Shown piece after piece: positions 52,211-64,000 of a stretch of 64,000 nucleotides of DNA. The notes beneath the pieces were generated by a model. It ran no database searches. It was given only the letters and a program-made list of their open reading frames with translations, and was not told the DNA's origin. Location: the NCBI RefSeq assembly GCF_018977255.1, contig NW_024704756.1:14014001-14078000 (forward strand), in the 5' to 3' direction. This DNA is from Callorhinchus milii. Lineage: Eukaryota. How positions within the stretch are numbered: position 1 is the stretch's first letter; each line of letters opens with the position of its first letter. A program made the position numbers and the translations under genes.

Positions 52211-52529
52211 GAAAAACATTTGCTCGCTTCTTATAAAATCTTTGGAGAATTTATTGCTTGATATCTTTATTCTTACTTCATTATTCAGTTGTCCCTAAAT
52301 TGACAGGTATTAAATAATATTTGCTGTGCAAGAATCCAAGCCTGCACTTCACTAACTAATGTTCGTCTCTACCCATAAAGTCTGTTTTTCTCATACTCTG
52401 CAATATTGTTTGACTCCTCCACTATCTCACCCTCACACAGCCCAAACCTTCACCATTGCCTCTGCCCACCTCCAGACTCAACATTTCCAAAGTTCCTGTC
52501 TCTGACTGAATCTCTCTCCTCCCATCTCA

Positions 52530-52819
52530 TCGGTGGTTAGAGCACTCGCCTTGCAAGTGAGACACCTGGGTTCAATTCCAGGCCGGGCGAAACCTTGGGC
52601 AAGTTTCCTTACTCCACACGTCTAATAATAATCCCTCCAAAACGATAATAAATTGGTCATTTTCAATCCACGATTGTTTGTGGGACACTGCTGTGTGCAA
52701 TTGGCTGCCGTGTTTTGCCCACAAATATATGGTCAATTCACTTTACAGTCTATTCTGTGAAGCGCTTTGAGACGTCGAGAAGACGTGAAAAGCACTATAT
52801 CAAGTACAAGGATTATTAT
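52530..52819 (+). mobile_element. Near full-length SINE
   Basis: GTGGTTAGAGCACTCGCCTTGCAAGTGAG...GGTTCAATTCC head; tail GGATTATTAT. Confidence 0.88.
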
Positions 52820-53870
52820 CTCCCATCTTGGCAAGTGCCTTTTTCATTACCTGAAAAGTGTTGTTATAAATGCAAATTGTTGTGTTTCAGAATGATTAGT
52901 CCCCTTGGTGACTTTTGTGGTATTAGTTGCTCCTTCTTTTCCAATTGGTAGGGTTTCTTTTAAACTATGATATCTTATTTCTCATAATAATGATTAGAAA
53001 CTTCTCAGCTGATTGGTACCTCTGCCTTATGTGTCACAATTTATTCTGTACTTCATTATTCCCTGTTTGTGAGAGCCTCACCATGCTTCAGTGATGGTTC
53101 AATGAAATTAGCTCGCTAGAGGTTCTTTGTACTCTAAACCATTCTGCTGGATTATTTCTCACAGTATTTAAGGCTCCTTGTTAACACTAAGACGGTTTTC
53201 TGGAGGAAAATTAAACTATTCTGTAGAATAATTAAAAGATTGAAGAATCCGGAACCTTACAATGCAATTTTTTTTACAGAGGTGGCAATTAAATGTTTTT
53301 AATGTTCCATAATCATTTACAATACTTGTATTGCATGATTATTTCACACAATATATAAACCAACTAATAAAGGAATGATGGTGAATTATTGAATTTGCTG
53401 CAACTATCACCTATGATAATTGTGCTCACAGGGTACAGGATGTCATAGAGCTGTGCACAAAAACACAGTCCCCCTGACATTGCCTTTCACATCCCGTGGC
53501 CTGCTTTCTCATCATCGCGAAGAAATGGAACAAAAGTCTCTTCGCATTGCTAAGCAATGTTAAAGGTCACAAGTGAAATTAGTTCTGACAGTCTTGGTCC
53601 AGCCGCAAGCTGACAATTCACACAAACAATTCCAAATATGGCATCTAATTTGTCATTTTGTGCAGCAGAGATTGTTAGGGCAGTCGAGTCATATTCTTGT
53701 GCTGCCTTTCACATGTTGACTTGCAACATATGGGGCATAGGGTACATTGAATGCAGGTGGAAGAAACGTTACAGTAAAATTAGAACAAATGTCTATGTTA
53801 TGTGTTTCTTTTTGCCTGTCTTTTATTTTCATCTCTTTCACATTCATACTGGTTCACAGTGATCTCATTG

Positions 53871-55160
53871 TATAAGACCATAAGACGTAGGAGCAGGAGG
53901 AGGCCATTTGGCCCCTCGAGCCTGCCCCGCCGTTTAATAAGATCATGGCTGATCTTCTAACCTAATTCCATTTACCCGCCCTATCCCTATATCCCTTAAT
54001 CCCGCTATCCTTTAGAAATCTATCAACCTCAGTCTTGAATATGTTCAAGGACTGAGCATCCACAGCCTTCTGGAGTAGAGAATTCCCCAATTCACTAGCC
54101 TCTGAGTGAAGAAATGTTTCCTCAACTCAGTTTGAAAATTCTGACCCTTAATCTTGAGACTATGACCCCTATGTTTAGATTCTCCAAGTAGGGGAAACAG
54201 TCTCACGGTATCTACCCGGTCAAGACCCTTAAGAATCTTATAGTTTCAATAAAATCACCTAATTCTTCTATATTCTAGAGAATATAGGCCTAGTTTACTC
54301 AACCTATCCTCATAGGTCAACCACCTCATCCCAGGAACCAGCCTAGTGAATCTATGCTGCCCCCCCCCCCAAGGCGAGTATGAACTTTCTTAAATAAGGA
54401 GACCAGAACTGCACATAATATTCTTGGTGCGGTCTCACCAAGGCCTTATACAACTTCAGCAAGACTTCCCTACTCTTGTACTCTAACCCTTTTGCAACAA
54501 ACGCTAACATGGCATTAGCCTTCCTCGTTGCTTACTGTACCTTTCGTGGAGTCCTGTAGCTCAGTGGTTGTAGCACTCGCTTTGCAAGTGAGAGACCTGA
54601 GTTCAATTCCAGGCAGAGGGCGAAACCTTGGGCAAGTTTCCTTACTCCACACAGAGCCTAATAATAATCCCTCCAAAAAACCCAAAACAATAATAAATTG
54701 GTCATTTTCAATCTACGACTGTTTGGGACATCGCTGTGCGCAATTGGCTGCCGCGTTCGCCCACAAATATACAGTCAATTCACTTTACAGTGTGTTCTGT
54801 GAAGCGCTTTGGGACGTCCTCCCGAAGTGAAAAGCGCTATATCAAATGCAAGGATTATTATTATTATTATTATTACCTGCATACTAACTTTTTGTGACTG
54901 GTGTACAAGGACACCCAAATCCCTCTGAACACTAATGCTACCTAATCTCTCCTCTAGAAAATAGTCCGCTTTTCTATTTTTACTACCTGGGTGAATAACT
55001 TCACACTTCCCCACGTTATACTCCATCTGCCACCTTCTTGCCCACTCACCTTGCCTGTCTATTTCCCTTTGCATTCTTCGCGTGTCATCCTCATAGCTTA
55101 CTCTCCCACCTATCTTCGTATCGTCCGTAAATTTAGATATGTTAACTTTTATTTCCTCAT
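53871..55160 (-). mobile_element. 5'-truncated CR1 LINE (RT C-terminus plus 3' end), interrupted by a SINE
   Basis: ISKFTDDTKIGG...EWARRWQMEYNVGKCEVIH...QRDLGVLV typical of CR1 ORF2; short tandem tail TCTTATGGTCTTAT at 53871. Confidence 0.9.
54548..54875 (+). mobile_element. Full-length tRNA-derived SINE with L2-type tail and (TTA)n end, inserted in a CR1
   Basis: Head GGAGTCCTGTAGCTCAGTGG (A box)...TTGCAA...GAGTTCAATTCC (B box); tail GTGAAAAGCGCTATATCAAATGCAAGG(ATT)n; many sister copies in the window. Confidence 0.9.
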
Positions 55161-58100
55161 CTAACTCATTGTGATAAGATAAATTGTATGATACAGCAAA
55201 CTGATAACTCATCACTCTAAGGGAAGAGGGCTCAATAATGAGTTATCTGGAATGGCGAGTTAGGCATGTGTATAAACACAAAAATAAATACGAACCAGGA
55301 TATTCACAGCATGATAACTTAAGTGGTAGTGACAATTTAAGCCAGGGTCAAATCATCAGGGGTCTATAGTAGAATTGACTAGTACAATACATTCTGATAC
55401 CAGTTCTGGCCCAAGTTTTAGTTTTACTCATTTCAACTTTGACAGTAGGGATGAGAATTTGCAGAACTTCTTCAGCAGGTAAATGTTGAAGAGATGAGCA
55501 AAGCAGATGACAAGGACCAAACTTTGCCTGGTACAATGAAAGTTCATTGGGAAGGTGTACAGTATAGTAAAGTAAACTATTTACCTGTGACCTACCAACA
55601 CGTGGAATGGAGATCTTAGCGACACAATGGACTAATACGTTGGTAGAGCAAGTAGCACATTTGCTAAGATGTGGTGGGCTCAGAAATCAGACCAGGAGTA
55701 ATAGACGATTCTATGCAGTGACGGTTATAAGGCGACACTGAATGGGAAACATGCAGGTGGATTAATAGTGATTTCCATCATGTAAATAATAGACAGAATA
55801 GACACTAAAAAGCTTTGCCTGTCCACATGTATTCTGGCCTCTCTTGAGCTATTGTGTAACCTATGTGATTACTGACTCTCATCATTTGAACATGAAACTC
55901 AAATGTCACCTAAGCACTTAGCTGGGAAAGTACGTTGTGGTGAGTGGGAAGTGAGTCATGAAAAATGACCAAAAGGACCTTCAAAACTGCTATAAAGTCT
56001 GCATCATGAGAGATTGTGAATATAACGTGACTAAAACAGCGAAAACATTGTGTGTCATCTTAATTTGTGATAATGGGCATTACAGCACTTATTTTTATAT
56101 TTTATGAGTGGCGATCTGCTTCGGTGACTATTTTACATTTGGAGTGCAGTGAAAAATTGCACATGACTACAGTTAACATTATATGTAAAATACATTTGCA
56201 ATACAGAGTTTGTCACGACCTGATTTCAAACCCACCATTTTGAATGCTGAATTATTTTGCCTGCCCAGAACCTCAGCTAATTAAGGTGCTTTTGTCCATA
56301 ATTTATTATTAATTAATCCAGGGGCTTTGGTTTCTTCATATGAATGAGTGTCTGTGCTTGCAAGCTTTTGTGAGGTGAAATGGAATATGTAAGAACTGAT
56401 TCGATGTGATAATCAAATCAGTAATGCTGCATTTTCCACCCTACATATATTATTAAAGGACCATTCAGAATTTTTAAAATTTGATGGAAGAGGTATTTTA
56501 TTGTGTTTATCACTGTAACGTGCCACGGGATATTTTTGACATGATAAGACGATATGAAAAGTGCAAGTTTTTGGTTTCTATTTAAATATAAAATAACATT
56601 TTTGTACTTAAGAACCAATAGATCTTTAAATTACACAAAACCGTAAACTGACAACAAATATACCCAGAAATGTTAAATGTAATATGAGAAAATGTTTGCG
56701 TGGGCAAGCAGTACAAATTTGAAACTTATAATAGATTGTTATTTTAATCACAATTCTCCACATATAAAAACCCTTTTATGTCTGCTTGATATGAATTGTG
56801 ATTCATAATTCAGCCTTTAAGCATTAGGTTCATAATAAGTCATTGTTGTCCTGATTAAGACAAATGGAGGAAGAGAAATAACAAGACCTAAAGTATGTTT
56901 GTAAATAATAGCACCAGCTCTTTGTGTTCTTATCATTCTGAGTGATGGCTACTGGAATACCTCCTATTACACTCCTCACACACTGTCAAATGGTTCATGT
57001 CACTAACTGACTAGCTTTTTAAAAAATGTAAATATCAATCTGATTCCTGACAAAGATCTCACCCCAGGGATACAACTCGTATTTAAAAATAAGAGCGTAA
57101 CCTTTTGACAGCTAAGCATGCTGTTTCTGTATTTTTTTAGACTGGTTGGTACGGTTTGTGGCATTATGGAGGAATGACAAAAGGCTTGAGGTTGAACTGC
57201 AGAAAGATGTACTGCTTTCCTCAGTGCTACTACTTCTCTGTCGCTGCTGGTAATTAGACCACAGCTACAGTCGATGTTTTCTGTTAAATTATGGGAAAAT
57301 TGGAGCAAGCATGAATTTTGTTTTTTGGCAAGCAACCAGGCATAACATTAGATTTTGATTTTGTCTCGGCCTCAGGGCCCCTAAGGCTAAAAATAGCTCG
57401 CTATCCAATATTCACATATTGATGCACCAAAGAGGTTATGCTGGTAAACATTTATGTAGAGGGTAAGGTAACAGAACCATAGAAAGTTTACAGCACGAAA
57501 GGAGGTCCTTTGGCCCACCGTGTCCATGCCTCTGCCAAAGAATGACCACAGGTAAACACCTATTTTATTATTAAAAGATATTAAATTTTTAAACTTAAAA
57601 TGAAATTAAGTTTAACCAGAGTTTTCAGTATACTTAGTGGATGCACAAATGAGCAGAAGTAAGAATTGCATTAAATAGTGCCTTTCACGTCGGGATGACA
57701 TCCCAGTACTCTGCCATCAGTTGTTGTCAATGGTCTTTTTAGATATTTATCCACTTAATACTATTGTTTTAGAGCAATTCCACTATTTGAGCTGAATGTA
57801 TCCTGTCACAATAAGGAACTGACACATGGTGGATCAGAAGGGATGGATAGCAACCAGGACTAGGCGTTTGATATCTCTAATTTCCTCGTTTACAAGTCTC
57901 GGGTCTTGATTTTACATTATCATTTGGAAGCTGTGAACTTGTTCCTCTCTGACATGCACAGGGCAGGTTTGTCACATGCTCTGTTGAAGCATAACAACAG
58001 TGGAAGGATTTTTGGAAAGTATAAATCCTTTAGTTCAGTCACTACTGCCTGAACAAGTTGAGGGGGAGAATGGCTGACACAGCAAGAAATGCTATGGGAA

Positions 58101-60501
58101 GTAGTTTAAAGTGGATGCAAATTGTTGTGGCAGGAGGCCAGTATATATAACTATCGAGATACAAGCAAGCTTTCAGTCATGTTATCTTTCCAACTGCCAA
58201 CTGAATAGAAGATTGGGACTACTGCCAGCTTAGAAAGCATACCAGAAGCGTTACCTGCAGGAGATGTAAAGTGTGCAGACATCCTACATAATGCATTGCT
58301 TTTCTTTTTTAAAAAAATAGCATATTTTAACCAATTCTCTTAGTTCTTTTCAGTTTTACAATGGTTCACTCTATTTTTCTATCAGATACTGAAAGCTTTG
58401 AGCTGAGATCTGAGTTTTCACCTTGAATGCTTTGACTGCTAAATTTGATGCTAAATGTCTCCCACCCTCTTGCCAGTATCTCAACCTTGTCCTTTTAATG
58501 TTCCTTACTGTATTCTGACAGCCAACCTGGAATTCATATCAATGTAAGTCAAGGCGTTGAACAGAAAGCAGAAGATAAGCATCAAATAGTCTTGTTTTCC
58601 TTTAACAGGAGAAAGAATAATAATTTCGGACTCATGTTAGGCAGGAATTTCTGCATTTAAATGTGGATTTGTATAAACTTGCATCATGATTTGCTCCGTG
58701 CTGTTACGTTACCATTTTCTCTAAAATGTAGTGTTTCCAATTTTTCCAATTTTCTAATTTTCTCTCATTGGCACCTGGTCCACTTTTACTGGGATACGTT
58801 TTCACATACTTTTGCCCCGCATCACCCCGCCTGAACAGCTATTGTTTATTCATAAGCCTTGGTCGCGAGTGTTGACAGACCACATGATTGTAGAGGGCAC
58901 CACTGCTGGACCTGACCTCTCCTCACTCAGCTGCCACACACACGCGCAACCAGTAGAGGATGAAGAGAGATGAGAAGCAGAAACACTGTCCACTTTTCCA
59001 CTATCCTTAACTATGCACTGACTGAAACCAGCAGGCTTTTATCACTTATAAACTCACAGCTCGAAGTTGGCATCTGAAATCAAGTGATCCTTCCCCAACG
59101 TTTGAACTGCTGCTTGTTTCTAGCACTTTGTAATTTAGGTGAACTTGAAAAGGGAATGGCTGCACTTCAAGACATTTGCAGATGTCAAATATATTTGCAA
59201 AAAATGTTTTTGATGCATTTGTAGGTGTAGGTGTGTGGTTTCACAACATATTAGTGTCAACTCTGGATGAGGTCCCCCTTTCAACTTTTTCTTTTGCAAC
59301 TCGGGGACATTACAAATAAGAATCCTGCCATTTACTGTCCTCCGTTTGAAGTGTAATCGAAGAATGAAACTTCGCAAAAGTTTAATAGTCTCAGGTCATG
59401 GTGCTTCCACAACTCTAATGTGCCATACTCCTACACTCTTATTGTAATCTAAATTTACAATATGTCAGCTGCTCTAAAGATTTCTACTGCTTTTTCAGAG
59501 GATTAGCATATTTTAGTAATATGATGGTAGTGAGATATAGCAGTAATATAAATTCTGCTCTCACAGATCTTTTTCCTTGGAGACGTATGCAAAAAATAAA
59601 AATATTGTAGGCACTGTGAAGCCTCTTGAAGTGATATGTGAAGCAATCTGATTTGCGGATTACAGTTCACAAGAATGCTGGTTATTTATGAGACTGTCTT
59701 GGTTGTCTGTGAGAGCAAAGCAAATTCATTACACTAAAATAAGATATTTCCATACAGCTTGAGCGATGCTTATCAGGACAATTTTATTTTTACAGTGATG
59801 GCTTTCATTTGTTTTTGGGTAGTTATACATGATACAAGAAAACCTTGTCTCAGAGGTGATTCTTCTCTGACCTCTCTCTCCATCATACTCTTTTATGTCT
59901 TCTAATTTATTGATGCCACTTTTGGTCGCTGTAAATAAAACCGAATTTACAGAATTTAAGGTGGGTGATCCTTCTTTTACTTCTGTCCTCTGTCTCTCCA
60001 TCATGGCCTTACGTATATTTCTCTCTCGTTGGTACTACTGTGGCCATCACTCCTGCAAACTTATGTTGCGCTTCATAAGCTCCAAATACATGGTCCTACA
60101 TATTCTTTCTTATCCTCCCAACATCCTAATTGCATTGAAATCAAGACTAATTGCACTGTCTCTTGCTCTACCCCATTTCTTAGCCCAGGTTTCAAGACAA
60201 ACCATTTGCCTTCCTTGGCAATTACGTTTCTCCTACAATCCATTTTTGTGCTTCTTCATTTTTACCTCCATACTACCTGACAGGATTAAAAATGCAGTTT
60301 TTTTCTTCTTGTTTTCCTATCATAGGGGAATGGGAGACAATTAGAGAGCTGCTATTGATGCCTCAGATAAGTTCAGCCAACTGAAGGTTCAGCTAAGATC
60401 AGGGTCAAAGGATTAGGCCTTCCAATTGCTTTATTGAGTTATTAGAGGAGTCCTATATCGTTCTCACTTTTAACTTCCATCGTCTGATTTAATTATAATA
60501 C

Positions 60502-60630
60502 CAATAATGCTTGCATTTGATATAGCGCTTTTCACGTCTTCTAGACGTCTCAAAGCACTTCTCAGAATATACTGTAAAGTGAATTGACTGCACATTGTGG
60601 GTGTGAAATGCGGCAGCCAACTGCGCACAA
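60502..60630 (-). mobile_element. SINE 3' fragment
   Basis: Tail match. Confidence 0.8.
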
Positions 60631-63600
60631 GTTGATTTGAATATCAATTTGTTAAAACGTGTTTGAACTGGAGGTTTTACATTATCATTATTTCAAATTT
60701 CACGAATCTACTTCATTCCCAATAAAAAAATGCATAATTCCTCAAAAAATGAAAAGAAAGCCACAGATTATTTATTTCTGCTGAGGAGGATCTTGGAAAC
60801 TGCGATGCGTATGCTCTTGAGAAACAAACTTTGAAAAAGCCTGGCCCCTGGTTGTTAAAAACTATGCCGTAGTTCCTGTGTGCTTGTGAGCTGACATCAA
60901 ATTGACAGGCTTCAAGTAGGGATGCAGAGCTATGTAGAACATTTCTGCGTTTTTATACTTGACAACTTGATGCTTCTGGTTAGCATATGTGAAAAGAAAA
61001 ATGACAAGTTGCTTCATGGCTTGAAATAAAAAAATCTGAATCTGCCTGTCTGCTGATCTGTGGAAGACATAAAATTTATATTCTGGATGTAAATCAAGGG
61101 TTGTCATCCTAGGGGCAACCAGCAGTACAGCGCAAGAGAATAAAGGAAAATCTACCATTATGTGTTGGCGATTGGTTCAGCTGCTAACTAGTAGCATCTG
61201 ACTTGCCCCCGAAACTGTCCAGCCCAGCAGTATTAACCAGCGGGGAATCTCATAAAGGAATCTATTTCTAGCTTTTATCACACTAGCTCTGCGAGTCACT
61301 GACTGCCAGAAAAATGATCTGCCATTGTACAGTTACTGAAAGATAATACAAATGTTATATTATCCCAAATAATTTTTTTTTGTATGACAGGAGCTGCTAT
61401 TTTTGAATTACCAGGATCACTTGTTCCATCTTCTAGCTTCTTTTCAAAAGGATGGCGCCCGAGTATGTCTGGCGTGTGTAGAAAAAGACTTTTAAACAAT
61501 TAGAAAATTGAAATCCGAGTCGTTAACATTTCTGACATTGGCACGGAGCATTGAAAAAGAGAGAAATATAATGAATTTCATTGAAATTGTCCAGTTTGCA
61601 TGCCCGATGTTCTGCCCCTTCATTACTGCTCTGCGATAAACTCAATGCATGCTAAAAAAAAAACTGCCATCGTTGAAATAGAATGAAAAGTACAGTCATT
61701 AAATTTCCAGTTAAAATTCCTTGATTGAAATTTTTTTTGTGTGTTCATAAAATGGTACCCCCTGTGAGACATTAAAAGGGGGATATTAGTGAGGAGACTA
61801 TTCGTGCTCTTTGTGCTACTGCTGTTTGGTGTTGCATTTTGACTCTTAAATAATAATTCTTAATCGCAGAATAATTAATAATTCCGAAACTTCTGTAAAG
61901 TGCAGTGACTGTGTATTTGTGAGTGAACATGGCAGCCAATTTTCATACAGCAATGTCCCACAAACAGCCATGTAATCCATGACCAATTTTACCTGGTGTA
62001 TTATCTGCCAGACAAATACTGAGAAACTCCCTTTCCCCTTCAAATACCAAAGCAACTGTATATTCTGTGCATGGACCACAAGAATTTTATGGACCTTAGT
62101 GACAGTGTTAATAAAACCATCTCTTAACTTTCAATCTGATCCATTGTGATATTGAAATGCGCAGAACTGTTGAGATTGTACCAACCAAATGTCATGTAGA
62201 GAGAAAAATGGAGGCTTATTGGTAGATGTCTGATCAGAAATGCTGGAAATCGTATTGGGTGGTTTTTATTTATTCAATTTGTGTCTGTTTTTTTACTGGA
62301 AGCAGCTGTCAGTGCCAGTATTGACCAGCAGTGTGTTCCGTATCGATTTGGAATGATGTTCATACTGAAAGATTAACAGAACGGTGCATTGACAACAAAC
62401 TTGTTAGGATACAATTTAAAGTTACCGATGCCATATATATCACACAATAAGAAGTGGTACCCTCTTTGTAAGTTTGTAAGCACTACTTTTGGATGAGTTC
62501 ATCCTAATTATATTTGTCACAATGCTTTGATGTGGATTTCTGGCCTTTCAGGGTTTCAATTGAATAATATTGATTCTCATTTCCCCGACTGTGGTGATTC
62601 CTGCAGAAAAAAATCTATAAAAGAATGTTTTCATAGATTTTGGTTAGTGGAGGGGAAAGAATGGAACTGGCGCTGTATCAAGAACAATAGTGGTTCATTT
62701 AAAGGAAAGACACTTCTCAATGAGGAGGTATTAACAATGGTGAAAGATAATCTATCAAACACCTCCGCTTGTATTTTTCTTAAATGTATTAAAATATTTG
62801 CATGTGCAGATTACACCAAGGAACCTCATGTCCCTCCTTTTCCAAACTAAGATAGGAATGGATTCACTAGAAAATTGCAGCCATAGAGCTGATGAACTTG
62901 AAGAAGCGAACATACTAACACCACTGATTCGGAATAATTGCAAATTCCGATGTCCTACGTGACCTTACTGTATCCACCGCAGTCTGTGCTACCTGAAGTA
63001 CAGCTTTGCTTTTAAAGTGGAAAGAAGCTTCAAGGTTAAACACTATGTTTTAGATTCATGATTACTTTAAAATATCTAACATATATAAATACTACACGCT
63101 GTTCAGTTCCATACTGGATAAGGCAAAGCTGAAATCTCATTAAAGCTGCACGACTTATATTTGAAATAAATTGTTTCTGCCTGTGACTGAGCTGTGAAGT
63201 TTCTTCTGTGCACTTGCTTGAGGGAAAAGTTGACTCTGTTACAACTGTTTTGATATTTGTCTATATAAATAACGTGGGAAGAAGATTGTTCTTTTCTCTC
63301 AAGATGTAAATTGTGTTCCATACCTTTGATACAGCCATTAAATATTTAAGGGTATTACTGTGTATGCTATCTCTTGTAATGTCTTCGATAGACAAAAATC
63401 ACAAAGGAAAATATATACAGTTGTCGAAAGATCTTCCAGAAAGTCAGAGGCTCTGAGTAGCAAATGCAAATGCATTTTGTGACAAGTAAATAATGATTTA
63501 TCATTGAGTTTCACATTCCTCCAATACAATCCATCTGAAACATGGATAGCACATTGTACGCCTGCAACACATCAATAGTGTCACTAATGTTGAATTCAGC

Positions 63601-64000
63601 CCCGAGGATTGTGAACTCTGGGTTGAGTTCAATATTAGCCTGTGATCTGGGAAGATTTTAGAGGCTTTTTTGAGGAGCAGAGTGGGCCGGGGAAGGAAAA
63701 GATCTGAAGCTCACCCCTCGCCAAAGAAAATCATTTGTAGTGAGGTGCGAGCGAAACAAGAGCCCGGGTTAATGATTAGACAGATCTGGTGATGGAAAAC
63801 ACCTCTCAGCTGAATATAAATTATTGGTGCATTGCAAAAATCCTGAAGAGATGAGAGGCCATCACCCAAACAGGCATACTGTGGACTACAAATGATGTGC
63901 TCTTTATCGCAGCTCTTGAACTATGCTGCAGCCTTAAAGAATAAATGTGACAGAAATAAAGTGATATCGATTTTTATTTCTTGGAAATAAAAATTATGAA

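Noticed and set aside
54548..54620. tRNA-Ala(TGC)-like gene
   Set aside because: It is the head of a SINE and continues into the SINE body and tail; the same applies at 6910, 42600 and 52530.

Overview
Vertebrate genomic DNA, most likely from a cartilaginous fish (inferred from the repeat types: tRNA-headed SINEs with L2-type tails and (TTA)n ends, DeuSINE-like relics, CR1, L2 and a Penelope-type repeat). Two complete intron-containing genes could be assembled by hand. ZC4H2 lies on + (5 coding exons, 12072-20732, 224 aa, near-identical to the human protein as recalled). Convergent to it on - is an intact but clearly diverged TCP1/CCT-alpha-like chaperonin gene (12 coding exons, 32471-24551, 566 aa) that keeps the TCP1 exon structure and a U12 AT-AC intron but sits beside ZC4H2 instead of ACAT2/MRPL18; it is a candidate retained whole-genome-duplication paralogue. 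Divergent from ZC4H2, a GC-rich - strand exon (about 5162-4819) encodes an N4BP1/KHNYN-type N-terminal KH motif at the position where ZC3H12B (Regnase-2) is expected by synteny. A minimal type I hammerhead ribozyme motif lies in a Penelope-type repeat at about 52.1 kb. Three CpG-island regions are flanked by large micro/minisatellites. I could not support any coding exon in 33.7-64 kb other than retrotransposon remnants. All homology calls are from recall, not database searches.
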